Sequence record: OZ035789.1 | Length of the DNA: 64,000 nucleotides | DNA from: Tequatrovirus BCH953P4 | Reading direction: 5' to 3' (one strand) | Shown here: positions 18,698-29,441 of the stretch, one piece after another | How positions within the stretch are numbered: the first letter of the stretch is position 1 | Layout of the letters: each line of letters begins with the position of its first letter | Notes under the pieces: model-generated | Database searches by the model: none | Seen by the model: the letters and a program-made list of their open reading frames with translations, nothing else | What the model was told of the DNA's origin: nothing | Translations under genes and position numbers: made by a program

Positions 18698-18972
18698 TAA
18701 ATTTTCCTTGCTAAATCGCGAATTTGACCTACAGTATAATCTTGGATATAAACTTTATTAATAGGCTCATCAATAAATTTTGCCATAGATTCAATATCTT
18801 TTTGTATCTCTTCAAGACTGTATACTATCTTTAAAGCTTTTTCGCGAATAGTAATATTTTCAGGACTAGAATTTTCCTCAATGACAGCTTTAACATTTGT
18901 CATAAGAGATTTAAACTGATGCAAACTTAATTCAATCATTAATAACCGCCTTATAAAGATGGCTAATTTCAC
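18697..18972 (-). CDS. Hypothetical small protein (91 aa; start uncertain)
   Basis: ORF track; overlaps next ORF by 41 nt so the true start may be internal. Confidence 0.4.
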   Translation of the reverse strand: MKLAIFIRRLLMIELSLHQFKSLMTNVKAVIEENSSPENITIREKALKIVYSLEEIQKDIESMAKFIDEPINKVYIQDYTVGQIRDLARKI

Positions 18973-19192
18973 CTAAAACATAATCACTGATTGTAACAGT
19001 TTTTACTTCACCACAAAAGAATTCTAACGCAATTAAATCTCGTTCAATTTCTTCTAATTGAAGCATTAACTTGCCTGATTCAGTTTTCACGTTTTTGCGA
19101 TTTTTGCTATAAGCAATTTCATAAATTTCGCTTACTTTATCTTGAAGAAGATAAAACTGATCTTTAGTTATTTCCACGAATAGCTTCCTCAA
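18932..19192 (-). CDS. Hypothetical small protein (86 aa), paralog of 18697-18972
   Basis: ORF track; shared LEEI...DY.(V/L)G(Q/E)I motif. Confidence 0.4.
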   Translation of the reverse strand: MRKLFVEITKDQFYLLQDKVSEIYEIAYSKNRKNVKTESGKLMLQLEEIERDLIALEFFCGEVKTVTISDYVLGEISHLYKAVIND

Positions 19193-19424
19193 ATTTAATT
19201 AGTAATTTACAGACACTTTCATCTAGTGTAATTACCGTATCTGTATTACTGTGATATGATTGTTTTTCAATTCGTTTAATTGCTAATATAGTATCACTTA
19301 TAAGATAAAGCTTATGAAGGAGCTCAGCTCCTGTTACCATAACATCGAGATTATCTTGCTTATTAGTATGCTTCCTTATACCATCTATTAGACGATTTAA
19401 ATATTTTGAATTGATGTTAATCAT
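19164..19424 (-). CDS. Hypothetical small protein (86 aa)
   Basis: ORF track. Confidence 0.4.
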   Translation of the reverse strand: MININSKYLNRLIDGIRKHTNKQDNLDVMVTGAELLHKLYLISDTILAIKRIEKQSYHSNTDTVITLDESVCKLLIKFEEAIRGNN

Positions 19425-19430
19425 ATAGCC

Positions 19431-20750
19431 TCACACATAAAATACATCATAACGACCACGAGTTACACCAACATAAAGAAGTTGTTGAGCTAATTCAGCA
19501 TCTGCATAATGAATACAAGGCGTATAAATGAAAGCACGGTCTACAGACATACCCTGAGCTTTATGGAATGTTGACGCAGGAAGTGCTTTCACTTTACTAA
19601 ACTGCGATTTAGCATCCCAAAAATCACTCCACGGGGCTTTTCCGCCTTTATTCCAATTTTTATAAGTTTCTGCCGTTTTACCTAAAAATAAGTTAAACTT
19701 ATACAGCTCTTCATCAGATGAAATTATTTTAATCTTTTCACGATAATATTCATCATCGCCGTAAGTTTCTACTGTTAAATCCCAATGACGAATTAGATAT
19801 TCTCCAGAAACACCACGAGCTTTAACAAAGGTTGATGTATACTCTGCTTCTATAATACGAACTAATTGTCCGTTATTAAAAATAATTTCTGACACAGGCT
19901 TTCCATCAATTTTATATGTTTTAATTAATGGTTCCTGCATTACAATAATTTCACCGACAATAAAATCTTTATCAGTTTCAAAAATCTTTTTACGAATGAT
20001 GCTATTTAACTTATCAACAGATTTATTCGTAAATGCCATTACACGATTTTCAAACAAATCATCTAGTGATTTGACGATTGAAAAATAATTTACCATAAAA
20101 TCGCGTAAAGCGGTATCACCGGTAAATCCACGTACTCCATGACCGTCAACAACTTTATCATAAATCCACTTACCGTTGCGAACATCAGTAGCTACATCAA
20201 TAATAGGAGCATTACTGCGTTTAACTTCAGTGAGTTCACACTGATAAAAATCTTTATGTGTAAAGAATGGACTGATATAAGCAATGTTTTCTCCTGGGTC
20301 AACAGGTCTAATTTGCTTATTATCACCTATTCCAATTATAGTACACCAAGGTGGAATAGTTGAAAGCAGAATTTTAAACAGCTTTCTATCATACATTGAC
20401 ACTTCGTCGCAGATTAATACCCTGCATTTAGCTAAATCTGGTACTTCCTTCTGTTCAAAAAGAACGTTTTCTTCATACGTAACTGGGTTAATTTTAAGAA
20501 TACTGTGAATAGTACTCGCTTCTTTCCCTGACAGTTTTGAAAGAATCTTTTTAGCTGCATGAGTAGGAGCTGCTAAAATAATACCAGTTTCACCCGTAGA
20601 TATTAAAGCTTCAATGATGAACTTAGTAAGAGTAGTCTTACCAGTACCAGCAGGTCCATTAATAGTTACATGATGTTTCTTTTCTTTAATAGCCCTCATA
20701 ACGATGTTAAAGGCATTTTTCTGGCCTTCTGTCAAATCATCAAATGTCAT
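19431..20750 (-). CDS. dda: Dda DNA helicase (439 aa)
   Basis: ORF track; Walker A GPAGTGKT; T4 Dda length and sequence. Confidence 0.92.
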   Translation of the reverse strand: MTFDDLTEGQKNAFNIVMRAIKEKKHHVTINGPAGTGKTTLTKFIIEALISTGETGIILAAPTHAAKKILSKLSGKEASTIHSILKINPVTYEENVLFEQKEVPDLAKCRVLICDEVSMYDRKLFKILLSTIPPWCTIIGIGDNKQIRPVDPGENIAYISPFFTHKDFYQCELTEVKRSNAPIIDVATDVRNGKWIYDKVVDGHGVRGFTGDTALRDFMVNYFSIVKSLDDLFENRVMAFTNKSVDKLNSIIRKKIFETDKDFIVGEIIVMQEPLIKTYKIDGKPVSEIIFNNGQLVRIIEAEYTSTFVKARGVSGEYLIRHWDLTVETYGDDEYYREKIKIISSDEELYKFNLFLGKTAETYKNWNKGGKAPWSDFWDAKSQFSKVKALPASTFHKAQGMSVDRAFIYTPCIHYADAELAQQLLYVGVTRGRYDVFYV

Positions 20751-21058
20751 CGTAAATTCCCTGCAATTGGTATACTAACAATACGCCCAGTATCTAAAAT
20801 TCGCTGATATAATCTTTGTGTGTCTACGTCAGGCTTAACATGTTTAACTTCTATTTTATTAAACCAAAATTTACGTGGAGTCTCAACTAATCTTGGAATT
20901 CCCTTACCTAAAGCTAGTTGATACTGCTCTTTAAGAGTGGTAAATACTTTATCAGCAATCTTCCATTCAAAAAATACAGCAGGACGATGTTCATCAAGCG
21001 GAACTGGCGCAGTAAATCCGTCTTTGTCTCGGTAAACTATCGCATATACATAAACCAT
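20747..21058 (-). CDS. Hypothetical protein (103 aa), dda.1-like
   Basis: ORF track; 4-nt overlap with dda. Confidence 0.5.
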   Translation of the reverse strand: MVYVYAIVYRDKDGFTAPVPLDEHRPAVFFEWKIADKVFTTLKEQYQLALGKGIPRLVETPRKFWFNKIEVKHVKPDVDTQRLYQRILDTGRIVSIPIAGNLR

Positions 21059-21059
21059 A

Positions 21060-21806
21060 TTATCCTCGGATAAGTTTAAAAATTGAACAATTTAGCGGGT
21101 ATCCTCTTTTCAGTTTAAGTTTATCAATAAAAGACAAGTTTTGATACCGCTCTACACCTTGAATAATTTTATCACACATATCATATTGCATTTCTGCTTC
21201 TGACAACTTTTTCACAGTTTTCCAATCCGAGCCTTTAAGAAGAACGTTCAATTTAACAACTTCAGCGCCTTCTGCTATACGAGAACCATCAATACGAGCT
21301 TTGAGTGCTACAATCGTTAGCTTAATATCAGAGGTTTGTTTTGATTTAGAAAGCTGAGAAATGTGTTCAATTCGGTTTTCACGTTTTTTCTGTATAGCTT
21401 TAATTTGATTATAAGTCTTTTTGATTTTAGCCCATTTCTTTTCATCTAAATTTAGTTTATGAACTTTTTTCGCAGATGAACGACCAATTCGCAAAGCAAA
21501 TAAATCACGCTTTTCAATCAACTCTTCTAAAGTATAATCAGAACGAAATGTATTATACTTTTTCTTTACTGCAATAACATTCCCTTTAATGTATCCAACG
21601 TTATTATCAAAACGTTCTAATGATAATTTCTCTCCTTCAATACGATTATCAAAAGGTTCTCCCGAGTAAGCGCAAACTTTCTGATCTAAAATGTTCTTAA
21701 TGTAATTGAAGTCTAAGTTAAAATCTTTAGAACGTCTTTTAGCAGATGCCTGAGTATGCTCTAGACGACGTTTAATTTTACGAATTTGATTATTAGACAG
21801 TTTCAT
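21060..21806 (-). CDS. srd: Srd-like protein (248 aa)
   Basis: ORF track; position upstream of dda.1 as in T4. Confidence 0.55.
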   Translation of the reverse strand: MKLSNNQIRKIKRRLEHTQASAKRRSKDFNLDFNYIKNILDQKVCAYSGEPFDNRIEGEKLSLERFDNNVGYIKGNVIAVKKKYNTFRSDYTLEELIEKRDLFALRIGRSSAKKVHKLNLDEKKWAKIKKTYNQIKAIQKKRENRIEHISQLSKSKQTSDIKLTIVALKARIDGSRIAEGAEVVKLNVLLKGSDWKTVKKLSEAEMQYDMCDKIIQGVERYQNLSFIDKLKLKRGYPLNCSIFKLIRG

Positions 21807-21842
21807 ATTTTTCTCACATCTTACGGACGGTTAACTACTTAT

Positions 21843-21872
21843 ACTATAACATTTTTACTTCAGCTTGTAAAC
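21843..21872 (-). promoter_or_regulatory. Early promoter upstream of srd (-35 GTTTACA, 17 bp, -10 TATAGT)
   Basis: Plus ACTATA (21843-21848) and TGTAAA (21866-21871). Confidence 0.6.
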
Positions 21873-21928
21873 AACTTTATGAAAAATGCTTTAAAACTTT
21901 CATGGTATAATGAATCTAAGTCCTTCCG

Positions 21929-22531
21929 TTATAGATTAAATCCTTCAAAATCAAGAGTATAGATAGTGTATGTTGAACACTTTTTATACTCATATCTATC
22001 TGCAATTCTAAATACACTTCCAGCCGGTATCATTACTTCTTGTTCATCTGAAACTAATTCCATATTACGATAACGATGACTATCCGGAAACTTAAAGTTT
22101 GGATTGTATTCTTTACAGCGTAGAGCTTTTATAGCATACTCCTGGAAATTGAATACCATAGGAGCTTTGAATTCAAAAATAACTTGTGTGTTATACTCTA
22201 AACCGGAAGCAAAATGTAGAGCTATATTTTTATCATATGAAGCTGATACGACTTTATCAAATGTAATAATATCAATTCCTTGATTTAACACCTGCTTAGT
22301 CTCAGCTGGAACACCTCTCCAAAGAGGTTTATCGTTTGGAACCAAACGAGATTTGATTATTTCATTTAACCAAGAATGATCGTCTGGCTTATTAGTAATA
22401 CAATGAATTAAAAGTTCAATTTCGGATAAATTAAATCCTTCGGAAAGTAATTCTTCACGAATAGAAGCACGCACCGATGCATCCATTGATTTGATTTTAA
22501 AATCTTTTAATTGCATTGCTGAATATTTCAT
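21929..22531 (-). CDS. modA: ADP-ribosyltransferase ModA (200 aa)
   Basis: ORF track; R-S-E ADP-ribosyltransferase motifs; T4 ModA length. Confidence 0.7.
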   Translation of the reverse strand: MKYSAMQLKDFKIKSMDASVRASIREELLSEGFNLSEIELLIHCITNKPDDHSWLNEIIKSRLVPNDKPLWRGVPAETKQVLNQGIDIITFDKVVSASYDKNIALHFASGLEYNTQVIFEFKAPMVFNFQEYAIKALRCKEYNPNFKFPDSHRYRNMELVSDEQEVMIPAGSVFRIADRYEYKKCSTYTIYTLDFEGFNL

Positions 22532-23151
22532 TCAACTACCTCAATATCATACACTTTAAATGTTCCAAATGAATCGTGTAATTTTTCTTTTGAAATAGAA
22601 GTTATTTTATACTTTCCAATTGGAATCATCCATTCTTGTTCACGTACAATCATCATTAAGTTATCAGTACGTTCTGAATCTAATCCATCAGTATCTTCAT
22701 ATGTATACTTAAACTCAGTATTAGGAGAAGAAAGTATAATATCGCTGATATGGTCAGAATAATTAAAAGCTTTATCAGTTTTTAAGCGAAATATTATTTC
22801 AGTGAAATACTCAACATAAGAAAAACCACATGCTGTGTGCAAACTAGTAGTAAATGAATCTACCCTGTTCGTTGAAAACACCTCTCCAACTTGTAAATCT
22901 TTAATGAGTTCTTTTGTCGATTTTGATATACCACGATATAACTGATAAGGTGATTTAGTTAAATGCTTTTTAATGATTTTATTCAACTGCTGATGAAGAG
23001 CTTCATTCTTTTTGGCTTCCATACATTGCCAAAGAACAGATTGCTCAAAGTCAGTAAATTTTTCACAGACCTTTTTATACATATCATATTGAAAATCAAC
23101 GCTTTCAGCTTTTATAGATAACTGTTCAACATCTGCAAGATTAATAATCAT
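22528..23151 (-). CDS. modB: ADP-ribosyltransferase ModB (207 aa)
   Basis: ORF track; paralog of ModA with the same motifs; T4 ModB length. Confidence 0.7.
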   Translation of the reverse strand: MIINLADVEQLSIKAESVDFQYDMYKKVCEKFTDFEQSVLWQCMEAKKNEALHQQLNKIIKKHLTKSPYQLYRGISKSTKELIKDLQVGEVFSTNRVDSFTTSLHTACGFSYVEYFTEIIFRLKTDKAFNYSDHISDIILSSPNTEFKYTYEDTDGLDSERTDNLMMIVREQEWMIPIGKYKITSISKEKLHDSFGTFKVYDIEVVE

Positions 23152-23177
23152 GATAGCCTCCGTATACTTCAGAAGCT

Positions 23178-23207
23178 ATCATATCATCGTTAGAAAGGAA
23201 AGTAAAC
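23178..23207 (-). promoter_or_regulatory. Early promoter upstream of modB (-35 GTTTACT, 17 bp, -10 TATGAT)
   Basis: Plus ATCATA (23178-23183) and AGTAAA (23201-23206). Confidence 0.55.
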
Positions 23208-23218
23208 AACTTTTTGAA

Positions 23219-23401
23219 TTATTTTGCCCAGGGAGCCCAGGGCGGAGGGTCAAGATGGTATGAAGCTAGTTCTTCTAGAAGAGCATCTGGGGCTTCAATT
23301 CCATAATTCTGTAATACTATACGGTACTCTTTCTTATAATCACTAGAATCATTCTGGATATTCGTAGAATGATTATCTTCTAACATCTCAAATAAATCCA
23401 T
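23219..23401 (-). CDS. Hypothetical small acidic protein (60 aa)
   Basis: ORF track. Confidence 0.4.
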   Translation of the reverse strand: MDLFEMLEDNHSTNIQNDSSDYKKEYRIVLQNYGIEAPDALLEELASYHLDPPPWAPWAK

Positions 23402-23409
23402 ATTAATTC

Positions 23410-23880
23410 CTAGCGATAAAAACCAAAATGACGATTAGCTTCAGCAATCTTTCTTTCTTCTTCGGACATTCTCCAGCGTAATCCAACGTCAAAATGAGCC
23501 CAGACCATCTTAACAAATGCATTTATATCTTTAATATCTTCAATAATGAATGTTTTACTTTTCGAAGGTTGACTCGCTAATTTAACCTTATCATCTTCAA
23601 ACAGGTCAAAAAGACCATATTCATGAGCTCTTTTATAGCCTTTAATAGTTAAAGCTTCGGAAGAAGAAAACGGTGAATCAGTATTTTGCAAAATATCTTC
23701 AGTATGCTTTATAATTAGAATAATATTTTCTGGATATTTTCTTTCTTTTATATCTTTAATTAAAAAATCCGGATTTTCTGCTAAAGGAATAATTAATGAG
23801 CATTTTTTATCAAGTGTATTTACTGATTTACCTTCTTTAGACATAAATTCTATTGAATAATGTTTTGCTACTTCAATCAT
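23410..23880 (-). CDS. Hypothetical protein (156 aa)
   Basis: ORF track; modB-soc variable region. Confidence 0.5.
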   Translation of the reverse strand: MIEVAKHYSIEFMSKEGKSVNTLDKKCSLIIPLAENPDFLIKDIKERKYPENIILIIKHTEDILQNTDSPFSSSEALTIKGYKRAHEYGLFDLFEDDKVKLASQPSKSKTFIIEDIKDINAFVKMVWAHFDVGLRWRMSEEERKIAEANRHFGFYR

Positions 23881-24037
23881 GTGATTTCCTTTTGCCTACT
23901 AATGGACCGTCAGGAATTTTGTTTTCCTGGATATATTTCTCATTTTCTTCCATCATTTTACTACCAATTTTAAGAAGCAAATCCATTGCTTCATTTGCTT
24001 TTGCTTTAGCCTCTTCCAATGTCATATCTTTGCTCAT
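23873..24037 (-). CDS. Small hypothetical protein (54 aa)
   Basis: Hand translation [25 protein letters not shown]...; ATGA overlap upstream; not in ORF track. Confidence 0.3.
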   Translation of the reverse strand: MSKDMTLEEAKAKANEAMDLLLKIGSKMMEENEKYIQENKIPDGPLVGKRKSHD

Positions 24038-24237
24038 GATTTATCACCATAGATGTCTCTCATCAATTTAAGCGCTGAGCGTTCTAATTTCTTTTCTTTC
24101 TCAGCACTAATCATTGATTTCATCCATTCTTCCGATTCGTTCTGCATTTCTTTATTTGCTTGTTCAACCCAACCATCATCAATATACATTGAGTTTGGTC
24201 TATTGAACCATTCAAGCATTTTCTTCAGAGCTTTCAT
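24034..24237 (-). CDS. Hypothetical protein (67 aa)
   Basis: ORF track. Confidence 0.4.
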   Translation of the reverse strand: MKALKKMLEWFNRPNSMYIDDGWVEQANKEMQNESEEWMKSMISAEKEKKLERSALKLMRDIYGDKS

Positions 24238-24709
24238 TTGTTTTACCTAAAACAACAGTAGGAGCATCATCAAATTCATGAATTTTTAGCAAATTTGGAT
24301 GTAAACTATTCCATACAGAAGAAATAAAGTATGATAAAGCATCTTCGTCCACAATTATAAATTTATTTCCTTTATCTATTTTCCAACTATATACTGAATC
24401 GTACGAATAAAAAGATAAAGGTTCATCATTATATTTTTCTGTGTTAACATTAATGTATTCTGATTTAGTAAATGCTTCAATTGCTCTAAACGGAATATTT
24501 GGTACAGTTTCAATAATTCCGATCTTTTTAAGTTTTATTTCAGCATCTTCTGGAACTGGCATTGAAACGAAATTTTCTACGAGATACATAGGATTACGAT
24601 AACCCTTATCAATCATTACTGCTACGGTAATTGGAACGTCTTTAGCAAACGACATGCTATTACTGCTGATATACATTTCAAACAAAATCGCTTCCATAAT
24701 TTTCCTCAA
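24212..24709 (-). CDS. Hypothetical protein (165 aa)
   Basis: ORF track. Confidence 0.5.
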   Translation of the reverse strand: MRKIMEAILFEMYISSNSMSFAKDVPITVAVMIDKGYRNPMYLVENFVSMPVPEDAEIKLKKIGIIETVPNIPFRAIEAFTKSEYINVNTEKYNDEPLSFYSYDSVYSWKIDKGNKFIIVDEDALSYFISSVWNSLHPNLLKIHEFDDAPTVVLGKTNESSEENA

Positions 24710-25044
24710 TCACAAGATGTGGATGAACAACTAGAATCACAAGAACTTCCACATGAATCGCCCGTCCATACATGAACAGGAACATTAGTATCATATGAAT
24801 CAGAACTAGACTGTGTATTCTGCGTATTAGATGATGCAGGTGTTGACCAGCGCCAAGGATTTTTATAATATTCTTGGGCTTCTTCATAAGTCATAGTGAC
24901 TGCTTCTACTGTTCCATCTCCCATATAAACATACTCAACTACAGTTAAAGGAAGGTAGTCATTTGAAATAGGAACTACACCTTCTCCGGGAGTCGTAGAG
25001 AAAAAATCCGTAAAGAAATTTTTAAACCAATTAAAGATAAACAT
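24706..25044 (-). CDS. Hypothetical protein (112 aa) with Cys/Ser-rich C-terminal tail
   Basis: ORF track; tail [17 protein letters not shown]. Confidence 0.45.
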   Translation of the reverse strand: MFIFNWFKNFFTDFFSTTPGEGVVPISNDYLPLTVVEYVYMGDGTVEAVTMTYEEAQEYYKNPWRWSTPASSNTQNTQSSSDSYDTNVPVHVWTGDSCGSSCDSSCSSTSCD

Positions 25045-25250
25045 TACAAAAAGCCTCTTTTGAATTCAACTTGCTTTTCACCATAATCATATCGAATCTC
25101 TGCATTAAATTCGACAGAACCATCTGCGTACATCATAAATGAATGCACAACAACTTCTGTAGACCATGGTTGCAATTCATATTTCTTCATTACATGCCGT
25201 GAAATGATAATATCTAAATCTTCATTCGGTTTAATCCAACGATTTAACAT
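25044..25250 (-). CDS. Hypothetical protein (68 aa)
   Basis: ORF track; ATG start; served by the promoter at 25277-25306. Confidence 0.5.
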   Translation of the reverse strand: MLNRWIKPNEDLDIIISRHVMKKYELQPWSTEVVVHSFMMYADGSVEFNAEIRYDYGEKQVEFKRGFL

Positions 25251-25276
25251 AGTGCTCTCCTCTATAAGATAATTCT

Positions 25277-25306
25277 ATTATACCATACTCATTTTGGAAA
25301 GTAAAC
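25277..25306 (-). promoter_or_regulatory. Early promoter (-35 GTTTACT, 17 bp, -10 TGGTATAAT)
   Basis: Plus ATTATA-CCA (25277-25285) and AGTAAA (25300-25305). Confidence 0.6.
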
Positions 25307-25320
25307 CGGTAAAATGAAAA

Positions 25321-25342
25321 AAGGACTCCCGAAGGAGTCCTT
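25321..25342 (-). terminator. Rho-independent terminator after soc
   Basis: GGACTCC-CGAA-GGAGTCC stem-loop followed on the minus strand by TTTTTT. Confidence 0.7.
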
Positions 25343-25346
25343 GAAT

Positions 25347-25592
25347 TTATTCACCAGTTACTTTCCACAAATCTTCATTTGCAGTAATCCATTCAGTACG
25401 TTGATTTTCTTCATATACTGTAGAATATGCTGCTTTTTCTGAAGGGAATGTCTGATAATGAGCGCCAGAAATTTTGTGAACGTCAGAATAAAGAGGGAAA
25501 GCTACGGAAATTTCCTTTCCTTCAATTTTCTTATTTCCATCTAATTTCTGCTCAAATGTTTTGATATTAACATAACCGCGAGTACTAGCCAT
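25347..25592 (-). CDS. soc: Small outer capsid protein Soc (81 aa)
   Basis: ORF track; sequence MASTRGYVNIKTFEQ... recognised as T4 Soc. Confidence 0.9.
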   Translation of the reverse strand: MASTRGYVNIKTFEQKLDGNKKIEGKEISVAFPLYSDVHKISGAHYQTFPSEKAAYSTVYEENQRTEWITANEDLWKVTGE

Positions 25593-25622
25593 GTAATTCT
25601 CCTTTTATTTAAATTACATGAT

Positions 25623-25630
25623 TATTTATA
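25623..25630 (-). promoter_or_regulatory. Late promoter TATAAATA upstream of soc
   Basis: Plus TATTTATA, 31 nt upstream of soc ATG, with SD AGGAG. Confidence 0.65.
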
Positions 25631-25660
25631 ATAAATTCTCACGGCTTTTAAGACGAGTTG

Positions 25661-26179
25661 TTAATAACCTCGGTCTTGACGCGCGAAATTTTCGGCATTT
25701 TTCAGATAATAAAGTTTAAAGATTTCTTCTGCTGTAAGACCAAGACCTTGGAACATGTTCAGAACGAAATGAAGAATATCAATCATTTCGAATTTAATTT
25801 CCAACTGGTCTTGTGGAGACAAATCAGTAATTAGAGTTTCACGACGTTCACCATGTTGAGCTTTCCAAGGCTTCCATACAGCAGATGCATCTTTTTCGCC
25901 ATTGCTCATACCGCCAAGAGAAGTTAGAAGTTCACGGAATTCATCGTCAATATAATCTTTCTGATTACGCAGCCAATCAACAACTTCACCGGCAGTAGCC
26001 AAGTCATCAGGATGACGATTATATTCAGGTTTATCTTTAGCTAAACGAATCTGCAGAGATTTCTGCATGTCAAGCATTACCTGCAGCGGGTCTTTTTCAT
26101 CACCTAGAATATCCCAGTATTCATTTTGAGCTTTATCAGCGCCTTCGATCAGTTGACTACATTCGTTAAAGTAAGCCAT
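25661..26179 (-). CDS. 56: dCTPase/dUTPase gp56 (172 aa from ATG at 26179)
   Basis: Sequence MAYFNECSQLIEG... MazG-like; track start is a TTG extension. Confidence 0.85.
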   Translation of the reverse strand: MAYFNECSQLIEGADKAQNEYWDILGDEKDPLQVMLDMQKSLQIRLAKDKPEYNRHPDDLATAGEVVDWLRNQKDYIDDEFRELLTSLGGMSNGEKDASAVWKPWKAQHGERRETLITDLSPQDQLEIKFEMIDILHFVLNMFQGLGLTAEEIFKLYYLKNAENFARQDRGY

Positions 26180-26213
26180 TATTTTTCCTTTCAATTCATT
26201 AATAAGTTAAATA

Positions 26214-26239
26214 ATTATATCATTTGAGTATGTAAGCAA
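26214..26239 (-). promoter_or_regulatory. Candidate MotA-dependent middle promoter for gene 56 (MotA box TTGCTTA, 13 bp, -10 TATAAT)
   Basis: Plus TAAGCAA (26233-26239) and ATTATA (26214-26219). Confidence 0.45.
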
Positions 26240-27579
<1,340 letters not shown>

Positions 27580-27604
27580 TATATCATCCTCAGCAATTTA
27601 TTTT

Positions 27605-27634
27605 ATAATACCATAACAAGCTGAGAAAGTAAAC
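27605..27634 (-). promoter_or_regulatory. Early promoter driving the 186-aa ORF and dam (-35 GTTTACT, 17 bp, -10 TGGTATTAT)
   Basis: Plus ATAATA-CCA (27605-27613) and AGTAAA (27628-27633). Confidence 0.6.
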
Positions 27635-27678
27635 AAATTTATGAAATTTGTGATAAATATTAATTTAAAGGAGGACAT

Positions 27679-27879
27679 ATGGTACAAAAATTAATGGCAC
27701 TTGTTAATGCCATAAAAGGTAATAAAAAACGTATAGCTTTTACTATTTCTGCTATGGTAGGAATTTTACTCTGGAACTTTATTTTATCACCAATTGCAAT
27801 TGCGCATGGTGTTAATATTCCAGTAGTTACTCTTGATACATTCGTAGATCTAGCATTTGCTTTAGTTGGGTTAATTTAA
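27679..27879 (+). CDS. Small hydrophobic protein (66 aa), divergent from the dam operon
   Basis: ORF track; ATG preceded by AAAGGAGGA; two predicted TM segments; stop overlaps gene 61 stop. Confidence 0.5.
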   Translation: MVQKLMALVNAIKGNKKRIAFTISAMVGILLWNFILSPIAIAHGVNIPVVTLDTFVDLAFALVGLI

Positions 27880-28904
27880 ATCTTGGCATATTTAGATAGC
27901 CGCATTTTAGCCATCAACCCCTGGGCAATATTATTTTTCATATATTCCATAATTTGTTCAGGGGTTGCACCTTCCTTTCTAATCATATCATTGACATCTT
28001 TTGATTTCCAGGGAGATTTATCCCAAAACATAACCCTTTCTCCTGCATCAACTAATTTAGTCATTCGTTTGATAGTGTCAGGGTGACGAGGTTCATTATC
28101 TAAAACCCACACTCGTCTATCTTTAAATGGAACAACTTCTAGGTCTAATTGACCACCCGTAATAGCTATACCATTTTCAATAAAAAGTGAATCTATAGGT
28201 CCTTCTAGAACATATACATCACCATCTTTAACTCGTTCGACTCCATATATTTTTGTTGCCTCAGGATAAGCTTTGATGGTGATATATTTTTGAGGAGCAT
28301 CTTTCTTTAATGCACGTCCTTGAAAAGACTCAGCTTTTCCATTAGCATTATAAATTGGAATAACAAGACGAGGCTCAGAAATTTCCTTTTTGTATGTTCC
28401 CGGTGCTATGCTATTAACTAATTTAGGCCATTCGGTTGTAAACCAAAGATATTTCCATTTATCCTTTGGAATACAACGAGCTTTTACATATTTTATAATT
28501 GGATGGTCTTCCGCCAGTTTATCTAATCTAACACATGACGGAAGAGATTTAATTATTTTCTTCTCAGGTTGTTTAGGAAGTTCTTTAGGTTTTTCTACTG
28601 GACGACTTTTACCTTTTTCTTTTCTTATTTCAAAGATATACTCACGATATAAATCAGGTTCAAACTCCTTTAAATATATTCCGATTGGTGCATGATAGTT
28701 ACAGTTATAACAGTGAATATTTCCTTCATTATTATCGCCATAATACCATCCACGGGCTTTATTTTGGTCGGTTTTTGAATCTCCACAAACAGGGCATCTA
28801 AACCGCAATTTAAAAGTTGAACTATTATTTACTTGTGTGAATTTAGGTAAATGAGCTAATGCACGGTATGCAAACTCATTATCAATCCAAGGTATTGATG
28901 ACAT
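27876..28904 (-). CDS. 61: DNA primase gp61 (342 aa)
   Basis: ORF track; zinc-ribbon CPVCGDS...CYNC; T4 gp61 length. Confidence 0.9.
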   Translation of the reverse strand: MSSIPWIDNEFAYRALAHLPKFTQVNNSSTFKLRFRCPVCGDSKTDQNKARGWYYGDNNEGNIHCYNCNYHAPIGIYLKEFEPDLYREYIFEIRKEKGKSRPVEKPKELPKQPEKKIIKSLPSCVRLDKLAEDHPIIKYVKARCIPKDKWKYLWFTTEWPKLVNSIAPGTYKKEISEPRLVIPIYNANGKAESFQGRALKKDAPQKYITIKAYPEATKIYGVERVKDGDVYVLEGPIDSLFIENGIAITGGQLDLEVVPFKDRRVWVLDNEPRHPDTIKRMTKLVDAGERVMFWDKSPWKSKDVNDMIRKEGATPEQIMEYMKNNIAQGLMAKMRLSKYAKI

Positions 28905-28906
28905 TT

Positions 28907-29071
28907 TTACTCTTCTTTTTCTTTAGATTCCTCTTTTTTCTTTTTAGGAATCTGTTCAGGACCTTTATTTACTACAGCACCTGATGTTGTTCCAGTAGAG
29001 ATATTTTCAGGATTACCACCTGAATCTCCAGCGACCATATCTTCTTTAATAAATTCTTTATATGTTTTCAT
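28907..29071 (-). CDS. Small hypothetical protein (54 aa)
   Basis: Hand translation MKTYKEFIKEDMVAGDSGGNPENIS...; not in ORF track. Confidence 0.3.
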   Translation of the reverse strand: MKTYKEFIKEDMVAGDSGGNPENISTGTTSGAVVNKGPEQIPKKKKEESKEKEE

Positions 29072-29072
29072 A

Positions 29073-29429
29073 TTAACCTCTATTCATAAAAGCATTAAAA
29101 ATTTGGTCATCAATAGATGGCGCAGTAATATTTTCTGCATCATTTAGCAAATCATTAATTTCATCAGATAGCATAACACATGTACCTTTATTTCCTGTAA
29201 TTGTTACTGCACAATTACGAACGTTTTCTTTATCAAATTTTAGGTTAATATTTTCGTAGTGAAAATCCTTTAATGCCGAATATATCTTTAAAATGAAATT
29301 GTCTTTTACTACAATAAACCCAACCTCACTATTAAAACGCGGTTCATGGAAACTGTAATAAACCTTTTCATCTATAAAATCGTATGAAATTTTTTCCATT
29401 TTTAAATATGAAAATTCAGAACTATGCAT
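29073..29429 (-). CDS. Hypothetical protein (118 aa)
   Basis: ORF track; 61-41 intergenic gene cluster. Confidence 0.5.
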   Translation of the reverse strand: MHSSEFSYLKMEKISYDFIDEKVYYSFHEPRFNSEVGFIVVKDNFILKIYSALKDFHYENINLKFDKENVRNCAVTITGNKGTCVMLSDEINDLLNDAENITAPSIDDQIFNAFMNRG

Positions 29430-29441
29430 ACTAACCTCTAA

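Noticed and set aside
27652-27659. GATAAATA as a late promoter for the plus-strand 66-aa ORF
   Set aside because: One mismatch from the conserved TATAAATA; kept only as a possibility in the findings, not annotated as a feature.
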